Assembly (NCBI GenBank): GCA_032128375.1
Contig: JAQBGU010000210.1
Location: forward strand, 1 to 64,000
DNA from: Deltaproteobacteria bacterium
Lineage (GTDB): Bacteria; Myxococcota_A; UBA9160; SMWR01
Length of the DNA stretch: 64,000 bases
Direction: 5' to 3'
A program made the position numbers and the translations under genes. Under the pieces are notes generated by a model. It was not told where the DNA came from. It did not search any database and saw only the letters and a program-made list of their open reading frames with translations. Positions 9,640-17,944 of the stretch are shown here, piece after piece (position 1 is the first letter of the stretch; every line of letters begins with the position of its first letter).

Positions 9640-10287
9640 ATGACGGAAAGTCGGATTCTGCTGGCCGACGGCCAGACGATGGTACGTGAAGGTCTGCGGC
9701 TGATCCTCGAGCGGCAGCCGGGCTTCATGGTCGTCGGGGAGGCGAGCGACGGATCCAGTGCGATCGAACAGGTGAAGAAGCTCTCGCCCGACGTCCTCGT
9801 CATAGCGATGTGTCTGCCCCACCTGTCGGGGATCGCTGCAACCGCGAGAATCAGAAAAGACCACCCGACCGTACGGGTTCTGATGCTGGCGCCGCGGGAA
9901 GATCTGCACTTCGCGGAGGATTCGCTGCGGGCGGGCGCATCGGGTTGTGTTTCGACATCCTCCACGGCGCTGGAACTCATCGCAGCCGTTGACGCCGTGC
10001 ACAACGGTCGGAAGTATCTCTCGCCGGGTGTGGCCGAAGCGCTGATGGATCGACTGGTCCATCCGGAACAGGTGGGAGCGCGGCCGCTTTCCGCGCTCAC
10101 ATCCCGTGAATCCGAAATCCTCCAGCGGCTGGCCGAGGGGCAGAGCGCAAAGGAGATCGGCCGGGATCTTCACATCTCCGGCCGCACAGCCGAGACACAC
10201 CGGGCGAATTTGATGCGGAAGCTCGATGTCAAGAAGACGGCGGGTCTCGTGCGGATTGCCATTCGGGAGGGGCTGGTGGCTCTCTGA
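9640..10287 (+). CDS. Atypical (pseudo-receiver) NarL/LuxR-family response regulator
   Basis: Intact HTH (LTSRESEILQRLAEGQSAKEIG...ISGRTAETHRANLMRKL). The receiver has Ala at the phosphoacceptor position (VLVIAMCLP) and Thr for the conserved Lys (GCVSTS). Confidence 0.88.
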   Translation: MTESRILLADGQTMVREGLRLILERQPGFMVVGEASDGSSAIEQVKKLSPDVLVIAMCLPHLSGIAATARIRKDHPTVRVLMLAPREDLHFAEDSLRAGASGCVSTSSTALELIAAVDAVHNGRKYLSPGVAEALMDRLVHPEQVGARPLSALTSRESEILQRLAEGQSAKEIGRDLHISGRTAETHRANLMRKLDVKKTAGLVRIAIREGLVAL

Positions 10288-10427
10288 CGGCCGGAGGCGG
10301 AGTCCGGAAGCCGGAGACGGTGCGAATCGCAGGGATGCGAACACCCGGCCAGCGGGGACTCCGCCGACCGAGCGCCGCCCGGCTCGCCTCCCCCCGTTCA
10401 CGCCTGCCGCATCGAGGTACCGGACGT

Positions 10428-10493
10428 TGTACCCATAGGGCTGTCCCCAGGGATCGACCGGTATCTGCTTGAGATAGGGTCCGTTCCAGCCCG
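10428..10493 (-). pseudogene. Fragment of a GspG-like (type II secretion major pseudopilin) gene
   Basis: Translates as PGWNGPYLKQIPVDPWGQPYGY, the WxGPYL...DPWGxPY signature of GspG. No prepilin N-terminus upstream. Confidence 0.65.
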
Positions 10494-10602
10494 GCGCTGC
10501 TCGAGGAGCAGGACATCGATCGCGCCTCCACCTTCGTGGCGGTGACGCAGGATCACGAGGCGAACCTGGTGGCGGGCCTGCCTGGCGAAGCGGCTCGGAG
10601 CG
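10491..10602 (+). pseudogene. Frameshifted fragment of a TrkA-like (RCK-N) gene
   Basis: Hand translation PALLEEQDIDRASTFVAVTQDHEANLVAGL, then LAKRLGA after one extra C at ~10581. Matches the TrkA pattern LLEE..I...D.F.A.T.DDE.N....LAKRLGA. No start or full ORF. Confidence 0.65.
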
Positions 10603-10652
10603 CCCAGGCCGAAGCCGAGCTGGCTCGCCTGCTGCGGGAGTAGTGGGCTTGC

Positions 10653-12908
10653 TCAGAAGGTGACTTCGTAGTTCGCGTATCCGTACTCGTCGCTGCGGGA
10701 TGCCAGATATCGGTTTCCGAGCTGGTAGAGGACCACCTCGAACGGCGTGCCTCCGATGGTCATGTTGATCTGACTTTCGCGAATCTCGTACGCGACCTGC
10801 GGATCGAACATCAGATCCCCCATGACCTCGGGCCCCGGCGTCTTTCCGTCCACGGAGGTGATCAGGCGTTGGCCCTCGGTTCCGTAGAGAATTTCGAATC
10901 GCTGGCCCGTGACGAGATTGTGCACGCGGGCCGTCTTGCCCACGATCGTCGCCTTCAGCTTGGCATCGTCGAGGGCTACCGCGCCCTGGCGCAGGAGTTC
11001 CGCCACGGTCACTCCCGGCTTGGCGGCGCTGCGCGCCTTCGCACCCGGTGTGTACCAGATGGGCGAGGACCAAGCGCGATCCTGGACCGTCAGCGGAACG
11101 ACGTCCGGCGGAACCACGCCCTGCTGGGCGGCCTGGATGGTGGTCCAGCGCGGCGTGGGAATCAGCAGCGCACGCGTGTAGTAGAACGCATCAAGACCCG
11201 GGTCGAAATCCGGGTCGGTCCACAGTGCCTTCAGCTCCGTCGAGCCAACGCTGTTCGCGTAGGTTCCCTTCGAGATGTCCACGGTACTGGCGATCGGCGG
11301 CAGCTTGCCGGTGACCGGATCGGGCTTCCGATCGCCCGACCACGCGACGTCGTAGATCTTTTCGAAGCTCTGGCCGTTGCGCGCCCATCCCTTGACGATC
11401 TGCACGCGGTCGAGGTTGGCGCTACTCGGATCGCTTTCGGCCCAGACGATGAAGGATGGTGCCGCGGCCGCCGGCTCGGGCAGGTCGCTTCCCATCGGGA
11501 CGCCCTTTGCGTAGCCCATCTTCACCCAGTCGGGCTGATCGACGACCGCCGGATCGAACGCCCAGCCACCGAACAGCCGCACCTGCATGCGCAGGCCGCT
11601 CGTCGCGTAGGTCTCCTTGCGCCAGATGGCGTCCCAGATGGATTCGCGCGTATTCTCCTCGGCCCACACGCCGGTCAGGCCAGCTGTGCAGACCTCCCGG
11701 TTGTCCATGTTCAAGAGCTTCTTGGAACTCAGTCGCTTCTCGACGGTGTCGTCGATGGTCCCGTGCTCGCCGAAGTAATCGTCGTTCCGGTAGGCCGACG
11801 CGGCGCTGTGCGAATCGGACCCCGCCACCATGCCGAACTTGTAGGGATTGAAACCGAGCGCGCCCTGCATAGCGATGCCGTCCCGTAGCGCCAACCGCAT
11901 GTAGCTGCCGTAGTCCGTCGGGACGCCTTTGGCGCCCAGCAGCAGCCACACGAAGATGTTGAAGTTGGCGAACTCGTCTTGCGGCGAGAGGTAGGGGGTC
12001 GTTTCCGATTGACCCTTCACCTGGTTGATTTCCGACACCGGCTCGTTGCGCATCCGCGTCTCGGCGTAAGCTCGATCGATCGTTTGGCCGGCGGCATTGA
12101 TCTTTCTCGGGTACAGCGCGCCGTTGCTGAGATTTCCGTTGTGCGTGACTGCGATCACGTCATTTCCGGTCTCGCGCTGCGCGGCCATCCACTTCCAAAG
12201 TGCTTCCGGGCGGGTCGAATCGATGGAGCTGAACGCGCTTGTCGATACGCGCTTGGCGTCCTTGAAGAACACGATGCGGTGCAAGTTCTTGTAGTCCGGT
12301 GTCGAAGTCCATTCCCAACCGGGAAACGTCGTGAACTTGCCGGGCTTGTTGTATGTCTCCGCAATATCGGCGATCTGCATCCACGCATGCCCGGCCACTT
12401 CGGGCCCCTGCAATTCCCGGATGGGCATGTCCTTCACGATCGAAACCGAGAGGACCTTGTAGAGATCCATGCCACTCGCCCATGTGCCGAACCGAAGCAT
12501 GCTGGCGACGAGCGGGGAGTTCTTCCGAAGCGGCGATTCGGGGTCGTCCGCCATCGTCAACGCGCCGGTATACTCCGAATGATCCATCACCACGCTGAAA
12601 TCGAGCGGCTCGTCGAGTTTGACGTCGAACCCGCCCGGATGGACTACCGATTCGCCCATCGCGTAGCGGGTGGCATCGTCGGGTCCCAGTCGCGTGCCGA
12701 ACACGTAGGCGTCGATCGACCAACTCGAATGGATGTGCAACTCGCCGAAGTAGGCGTTCCGCTCGGGGTTGGGGTTCGTGCCGATTTCCGCTGAAGGAAT
12801 CGATGATTCCTGCCCGCCGGCGATCGGCTTTGGTGCTCCGGCGAGGACCGCCAGCATCAGGGCGGCTGCGAGAATCCCGGTGACCAGGGCGTAGCGATCG
12901 CGTTCCAT
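10653..12908 (-). CDS. DUF3604 family secreted protein (PHP-like metal-binding fold)
   Basis: Signal peptide; YFGELHIHSSWSIDAY, MDHSEY, GWEWTS, NLHRIVFF, HNGNLSNG, NPYKFGMVAGSDSHS, GLTGVWAEENTRESIWDA..RKETYATSG, QDRAWSSPIWY. GAGGAG RBS before ATG at 12908. Confidence 0.9.
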   Translation of the reverse strand: MERDRYALVTGILAAALMLAVLAGAPKPIAGGQESSIPSAEIGTNPNPERNAYFGELHIHSSWSIDAYVFGTRLGPDDATRYAMGESVVHPGGFDVKLDEPLDFSVVMDHSEYTGALTMADDPESPLRKNSPLVASMLRFGTWASGMDLYKVLSVSIVKDMPIRELQGPEVAGHAWMQIADIAETYNKPGKFTTFPGWEWTSTPDYKNLHRIVFFKDAKRVSTSAFSSIDSTRPEALWKWMAAQRETGNDVIAVTHNGNLSNGALYPRKINAAGQTIDRAYAETRMRNEPVSEINQVKGQSETTPYLSPQDEFANFNIFVWLLLGAKGVPTDYGSYMRLALRDGIAMQGALGFNPYKFGMVAGSDSHSAASAYRNDDYFGEHGTIDDTVEKRLSSKKLLNMDNREVCTAGLTGVWAEENTRESIWDAIWRKETYATSGLRMQVRLFGGWAFDPAVVDQPDWVKMGYAKGVPMGSDLPEPAAAAPSFIVWAESDPSSANLDRVQIVKGWARNGQSFEKIYDVAWSGDRKPDPVTGKLPPIASTVDISKGTYANSVGSTELKALWTDPDFDPGLDAFYYTRALLIPTPRWTTIQAAQQGVVPPDVVPLTVQDRAWSSPIWYTPGAKARSAAKPGVTVAELLRQGAVALDDAKLKATIVGKTARVHNLVTGQRFEILYGTEGQRLITSVDGKTPGPEVMGDLMFDPQVAYEIRESQINMTIGGTPFEVVLYQLGNRYLASRSDEYGYANYEVTF

Positions 12909-13218
12909 GATCCGTCTCCTCTTCACAGTCCGCGCCAAGGCGTGGATTCTGGGGCCATCGATCCTGAAGATTCTCCAATTCAGGCCGCCCACCGCGCAAA
13001 CCCGGCTCGTCAGCACCGGGCCGTCGTCCAGTATTCTCTGTCTTCCGGCTGCCCGCCATTCGCAGTGAGGTGCGGACGCAGCGCAGGATCTCCGTGTGAA
13101 TTCCAACACATGGAGGACGCCGGCGTGCATGACCTGGGAACCAACATCTCCGTCTGGCGCACCTGAACCGGGATCTAACGCTGCCGCGTTGGGTTGAGCG
13201 TGTCGGATGATTTTTGGA

Positions 13219-13446
13219 TTATTTGGGAAACAGCAAGGTCACCGCGAAGCGCAATCCCCAGTCGGGTCCGCGCTGCGGGACCTCGGCATAATAACGCGGG
13301 CCGAACTGGAGCGTGATTGGCAGCTTGCCGACCTTCAGCAACTGGGTCACGGTGAAGTTCAGCGGCACGGTCCAATTTTCCGCCTGCCAGTTGTACGTGG
13401 ACTCGGTATTCACGCCAAAGGTCGTGAATTTCTTGGTCGTGAACGA
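13219..13446 (-). pseudogene. C-terminal fragment of an outer-membrane barrel-like 'transporter' family protein
   Basis: SFTTKKFTTFGVNTESTYNWQAENWTVPLNFTVTQLLKVGKLPITLQFGPRYYAEVPQRGPDWGLRFAVTLLFPK resembles the C-terminus of a barrel family I recall near DUF3604/sulfatase genes. An in-frame stop lies just upstream and the N-terminal part is missing. Confidence 0.65.
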
Positions 13447-13470
13447 CGCATCTGCCTTCCGACGATCTTC

Positions 13471-13965
13471 CTATCCGAAAAAAATCCGGCGAGGGGGAAC
13501 ACCGCTGGTGATGAAGCCCAGCACTGCTTCCAGCCCCACCTTCGAGTAGGTGTACCGGAGTCCATAGAGTGTGGGCGCCGCCAGTGTCGTCTTGTCTGCC
13601 AACTCGGCGATCGTCCCATCTTTCGCGAGTTCTCGGATTCGCGACGCTATCAACCGCTTCTGCACGTTCCTGGTCGATACGGCCTTGCCGAGGCGCCGCG
13701 GCTTCCCCGTTTGAAGCAGGGATTCAGGCGCATAACGTCCACTGCGAACCAACTTGATGACCAGATCCAAGCCGATGTAGCCGTTCAGGATGTTCTTCAC
13801 GTCGTAGCGCTCGAGGCCCATCCGCTCGGCGGCGTCGCCGTGCGAGTCGTCGCCGATCAACAGGAGAACCCGGCGATACACCTCCACCTTGGCCTTGCGA
13901 ATTTTCGCGCTGTGGCAACGGCCGAACGGAGTCGTTCGCTGCTTCTTTTTTGCGTTCATGCTCAT
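13471..13965 (-). CDS. Hypothetical basic protein with two XRE-like helix-turn-helix segments
   Basis: GAGGAG RBS before ATG 13965; 164 aa; two HTH-like segments (SHGDAAERMGLERYDVKNILNG and TIAELADKTTLAAPTLYGL). Confidence 0.6.
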   Translation of the reverse strand: MSMNAKKKQRTTPFGRCHSAKIRKAKVEVYRRVLLLIGDDSHGDAAERMGLERYDVKNILNGYIGLDLVIKLVRSGRYAPESLLQTGKPRRLGKAVSTRNVQKRLIASRIRELAKDGTIAELADKTTLAAPTLYGLRYTYSKVGLEAVLGFITSGVPPRRIFFG

Positions 13966-14156
13966 GGGGGTCTCCTCGTGGGTCCCTCTCGCGTTCGATG
14001 CTCGTGCGTAGGAAGGATAACGAATGATGGCTTCGCGGAAAATGCGGGCACGAGTCGCGATTGTGTCGTAGCGATTCTCCCTCATTAGAGGTTCGAGGAA
14101 AAAAGAGAACCCATTCCGGATGCGCGCATCATCGCCACCCAACGCTCGCCGATGAT

Positions 14157-14942
14157 TCATGCGGCCCGGCGCCGCGCGAGGTGGACGACCGTCTCATAGT
14201 GGATATCGATCTCACCACCCGCCGCATCGATGAGCTTCTTCACGCCGTCGAGCAAGTGTTTACGCTCCGCTTCCGGAAGAGCCGCGTGAGCCGAATAAGT
14301 CTCGAGCAGCCGAATGTAGCGATGCGTCACCAGGCGGTCTCTCCACGCAAAGCCCGGCCGCGTCTGGACATCGAACAGTTCCGTAGCGGCGATGCTACCG
14401 GCGATGGACTCCTCGATCGCGGCGAGTAGCGTCGGCGTCAGCTCGTCGAGATCGGGCGCGCATTGCTCGTAGAGCGCCGCGAGCTGTGTCTGCAGAGGAC
14501 TTGCCACGATCTGGGTGCGGTTCCAAAACAACGCAAGCGTGCCGCCGCCGCGCAGTGCCTCTCCGGCTTTCGCGTAGCCCGCAACGGGGTCGACCCAGTG
14601 GAAGGACTGCGCGGCGAATACCAGGTCGTAGGCGCCCCTCTCCAGCGGCCAGTCTTCGAAGCTCGTGTTGTAGAACGTGACCGGACCGTTGCACGCGGCA
14701 CGCGCAGTTTCGACCAGTTGCGGGCCTGGTTCGAGTCCGGTGATGGCAATGCCCCGATCGAGGAATAGCCGCGTCGCCTTGCCCGTTCCGGCGCCTACCT
14801 CCAGCGCGCGTGGCGCTGGGCCGAGCTGGCCGAAACGCAGGATCTCATCGATCGCTGCGACCGGGTAGCCCGGCCGGACATCGTCATATTGCGCGGCACG
14901 GGCGTCGAAACTGCGCGCTCTCGCGTTCCAGGCGTCACTCAT
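14157..14942 (-). CDS. Class I SAM-dependent methyltransferase
   Basis: YDDVRPGYP, motif I LEVGAGTGKAT, YDLVFAAQSFHWVD, LRGGGTLALFWN. Confidence 0.9.
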   Translation of the reverse strand: MSDAWNARARSFDARAAQYDDVRPGYPVAAIDEILRFGQLGPAPRALEVGAGTGKATRLFLDRGIAITGLEPGPQLVETARAACNGPVTFYNTSFEDWPLERGAYDLVFAAQSFHWVDPVAGYAKAGEALRGGGTLALFWNRTQIVASPLQTQLAALYEQCAPDLDELTPTLLAAIEESIAGSIAATELFDVQTRPGFAWRDRLVTHRYIRLLETYSAHAALPEAERKHLLDGVKKLIDAAGGEIDIHYETVVHLARRRAA

Positions 14943-15006
14943 GATCGGAATCCAGCGCGGTCTCTACACCGCGATCGGTCAGCGGACGCTGGGGTCTGCG
15001 GCCTGG

Positions 15007-15906
15007 CTAGCGGAACCAGCCGTCTCGCTCATCGAGCCCTTCGGCGACCAGGCCTCGGATCGCGTCCTTGACGACGTCGACCTTCTCTCCGATGGTCGCG
15101 TCGTCTTCGGCTGGGTCACCGTCAAAGTGCAGTGCGTCTCCGAACCGGATGCGAAACTTGACGGGCAATGGCAAGAAGCCACCCAATCCAAAAAGCGGGA
15201 ACGTCGGTGTGATCGGGAACGCGGGCGCACCAATCAACTTGCCCAACAGCGGAACGTTTGCCAAGCCGGGCGACTGCTCTTCACTGCCGACGATCCCGAC
15301 CGGTACGATCGGCGTGCCCGATTCCAGCGCCAGCCGCATGAATCCGAGGCCGAAGCGTTGCAGCTGGTAGCGTTTGTCGAAAGTCTTGATGAACCCGCGT
15401 GCGCCTTCGGGAAAGACCATGATCGCCTCTTCTTCCTCGAGCAACTGAATGCAATTTCCCGGTGTACCGACGACAGAACCCGAACGGTGCATGAAGGTTC
15501 CGAAGAACGGAATCGTCGGTAGGTAGTACTCAGCCATTCCGCGCACCATCCGCGGCGGGTTCGATTCCAGATACAGCGCCATTCCCAGCATCGCGCCGTC
15601 CCAGGCGAATGTGTTGCCCGCGTGGTTCGAAATCAACAGCACGCGCCCCTTCGGAACGCGATCGATGCCCGATGTTTCGACGCGGAACCAGTACCGATAG
15701 GCGAGCACCATCGCCGCGATCAGACTGCGCGCGTAGTTCGGATCGAAGCCAAACGGATCGAAGCCGTACTCGTTGAGCCGGGTCGGCAGTTGGGCGTTAC
15801 GCTTGTCGATCTCTTCGAGGAGCGACCGCATCGGGTTGCGGAGCGACCAGCCGTTGTCCGGTTTGGGCGTTTCAGGCACCAGCGCCAGGCGCGATTGTTC
15901 GCTCAC
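15007..15906 (-). CDS. Lysophospholipid/glycerol acyltransferase family protein (PlsC-like)
   Basis: DPFGFDP, LISNHAG...DG (NHxxxxD-like), VFPEG, FGLGFMRLAL...PIVPVGIVGSEE. Probable GTG start overlaps the upstream stop (GTGA). Confidence 0.88.
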   Translation of the reverse strand: MSEQSRLALVPETPKPDNGWSLRNPMRSLLEEIDKRNAQLPTRLNEYGFDPFGFDPNYARSLIAAMVLAYRYWFRVETSGIDRVPKGRVLLISNHAGNTFAWDGAMLGMALYLESNPPRMVRGMAEYYLPTIPFFGTFMHRSGSVVGTPGNCIQLLEEEEAIMVFPEGARGFIKTFDKRYQLQRFGLGFMRLALESGTPIVPVGIVGSEEQSPGLANVPLLGKLIGAPAFPITPTFPLFGLGGFLPLPVKFRIRFGDALHFDGDPAEDDATIGEKVDVVKDAIRGLVAEGLDERDGWFR

Positions 15907-16592
15907 GGCAACTCCGCTCGAAAAAATGCCAGCAGCGCGTCCCAACTCTCGAACTCTGCGACTGCGTCGTGGACGTCCGGCCGGGAGCCGTCCATGAAAC
16001 CGGCGCGCACGTCGTCGCGGGTCTGCACGCTGTGACGAACACCAGCCGCGGTCAGGTTCACCTCGAGCTGTTCCGCGAGCGACTCATCTGGCTCCGGATC
16101 CTCGCCGGAAAAAATCGCGAGTACGGAAGCCACGAGCGCATCGAAATTGGGCTTCACATCGGGATGCCAGCCATAGAAATCGGCGACAGCCCCCACGCGG
16201 CGATTCTGGCCGGCGAGCGCCAAGGCCAGTTGGCCGCCCATTCCGAAACCCAACGCCCCGACGCGCATTCCATCTGTACCGTGTTGATTGAACAGCTCGG
16301 AGACGCCGGCATCGAGAAGCGCGAGCGCTTCGCGGGTATCGAGATCCTTTGCCTGCCGGTCGGCTGTCGCGAGGTCGCTCGCCTGTTGCCCACGCAGCAT
16401 GTCGGGTGCGAGCGCGACGAAATCTGCACGCGCCAGCCGGTCGCATACATCCCTGGCGAAATCGTTGAGTCCCCACTTGTCGTGAACGACCAGGACCCCT
16501 GGACCTGTGCCCGAATGCGGACTGGCGACGTACGCCGAGATGACGCGATCACCCGAGCGGTACTCGACGTCCACGCCGTGCCTGGCCACCAT
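15903..16592 (-). CDS. Dienelactone hydrolase family protein, catalytic residues substituted
   Basis: GPGVLVVHDKWGLN...RDVCDRLA..FVALAPD, RVGALGFGMGG, ADFYG, SWDALLAFFR. The nucleophile Cys is Gly and the catalytic His is Ala. Confidence 0.82.
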   Translation of the reverse strand: MVARHGVDVEYRSGDRVISAYVASPHSGTGPGVLVVHDKWGLNDFARDVCDRLARADFVALAPDMLRGQQASDLATADRQAKDLDTREALALLDAGVSELFNQHGTDGMRVGALGFGMGGQLALALAGQNRRVGAVADFYGWHPDVKPNFDALVASVLAIFSGEDPEPDESLAEQLEVNLTAAGVRHSVQTRDDVRAGFMDGSRPDVHDAVAEFESWDALLAFFRAELP

Positions 16593-16705
16593 CGGTCCGT
16601 CCCTCCGCACTCCGCCGCGAATCGGCGAGATCCGTCCACAGCCGGGGCATGCGACAAGGTACCGCAGCGGACCCCAGCAGCCGACGCACCCGTTACAATC
16701 GGCTG

Positions 16706-17941
16706 ATGGTCGACCCGTTTCCCCCCGAAACTGCTGCCGCCCGATCTTTCGAGCTTTCCGCGTTTCCGAACGCGCTGCGCCCCATCGCGGACCTGCTGAC
16801 CGACCTGGGTCATTCGGCCTATTGGGTCGGCCCCAGCCTGCTGCGGATGCTCGAGGGCAGCTGCCCCGGTTCGTACTCCCTCTTGACCGATGCATCGCAA
16901 CAGCAGCTGACGTCGCTATTTCCGAGTGCAGTCCCGCTCGCGGTTTCGGGCGGAACCGTGATGATCCCGAGCCCCGCTGGGCCGATCGATGCAACGCCCT
17001 ACCAGCGCGGCCGCGGAATCCACGCGGAACTCTCTCACGTTGATTTTACGATCCATGCGATTGCCTACGATTCGCGCGAGAGCACACTGCTGGACCCGTT
17101 TGACGGCTTGGCCGATTGGGAGGCTGGACGGCTACGCGCGGTTCGATGCGCCGGTGACCGGCTGGCAGAGGACCCGCTGCGCGGGTTGCGCGCTATCCGA
17201 TTGGTCGCCACGCGAGGACTGAAGCTGGACCCGGCGTTGGAAGTCGCCCTGGCCGAGATCAGTCCGCTACTCGAGGCCATCCCACGCATTCGGGTCCGAG
17301 AGGAACTGATTGCGACGATACTCGCGCCTGGAGTCCGTCAGGCCTGGAGCGTGCTGGAACAAAGCGGAATCTCCAACAGCCTGGCACCCGATGCGCGAGT
17401 CGATGCAGGCGCGCTGATCGAACAATTGCCGTGCGAACTCGCGCTGCGCCTGTGTGCGTGGCTATCCGGCGCGCGCTCGCGCCGTGCGCTCCAGCGGCTG
17501 CGCTTCTCGCGCACGCTCATCGATCGCGTCGAGCACTTGTTGCAGCTCCACCCAATCGAAACCCGCGTGGATCCATCCAAGTTGCCTGTCATCGCTCGTC
17601 TTGCGCGACGCGAGAGCCCACGCGATTTGAAGGCGCTTGTCGCGTTGCGACGCGCCGAACTCCGACTGGCGGGGCATGCTGCCGCCGGCGCGCTGAACTT
17701 GCTTGACAGCCTCGAGCAAAGGCTATCGGAGCTGCGAACACAGGGTTCCACTGAACCGCGCGTACGCCTGGCGATTGATGGCGAACAAATCATGAGCGAG
17801 CTGAGATGTGGACCGGGCCCGAGAGTCGGGCGTGCCGTCGCCTATCTGTCCGAACAGATCGCGGCGAATCCCGAACACAACGAGCCCGGGAAATTGCGTC
17901 AGCTACTGCAAGGATGGCTGATGGCTGAGTCGGCGGCGTAG
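16706..17941 (+). CDS. CCA-adding enzyme / poly(A) polymerase-like protein with degenerate catalytic motifs
   Basis: AYWVGP...DFTIHAIAYD...LLDPFDGLAD...LRAV...EDPLRGLRAIRL...RVREEL; C-terminal LAIDGEQIM...GPGPRVG. Confidence 0.8.
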   Translation: MVDPFPPETAAARSFELSAFPNALRPIADLLTDLGHSAYWVGPSLLRMLEGSCPGSYSLLTDASQQQLTSLFPSAVPLAVSGGTVMIPSPAGPIDATPYQRGRGIHAELSHVDFTIHAIAYDSRESTLLDPFDGLADWEAGRLRAVRCAGDRLAEDPLRGLRAIRLVATRGLKLDPALEVALAEISPLLEAIPRIRVREELIATILAPGVRQAWSVLEQSGISNSLAPDARVDAGALIEQLPCELALRLCAWLSGARSRRALQRLRFSRTLIDRVEHLLQLHPIETRVDPSKLPVIARLARRESPRDLKALVALRRAELRLAGHAAAGALNLLDSLEQRLSELRTQGSTEPRVRLAIDGEQIMSELRCGPGPRVGRAVAYLSEQIAANPEHNEPGKLRQLLQGWLMAESAA

Positions 17942-17944
17942 ATC

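Noticed and set aside
9592..11073. 493-aa minus-strand ORF containing a GspG motif
   Set aside because: Mostly an alternative frame of the DUF3604 gene and antisense to the 9640 regulator; only the short GspG-like patch looks real.
13170..13196. ATCTAAC...GTTGGGT resembling integron attC core sites
   Set aside because: Far too short for an attC, with no internal L boxes, cassette array or integrase.
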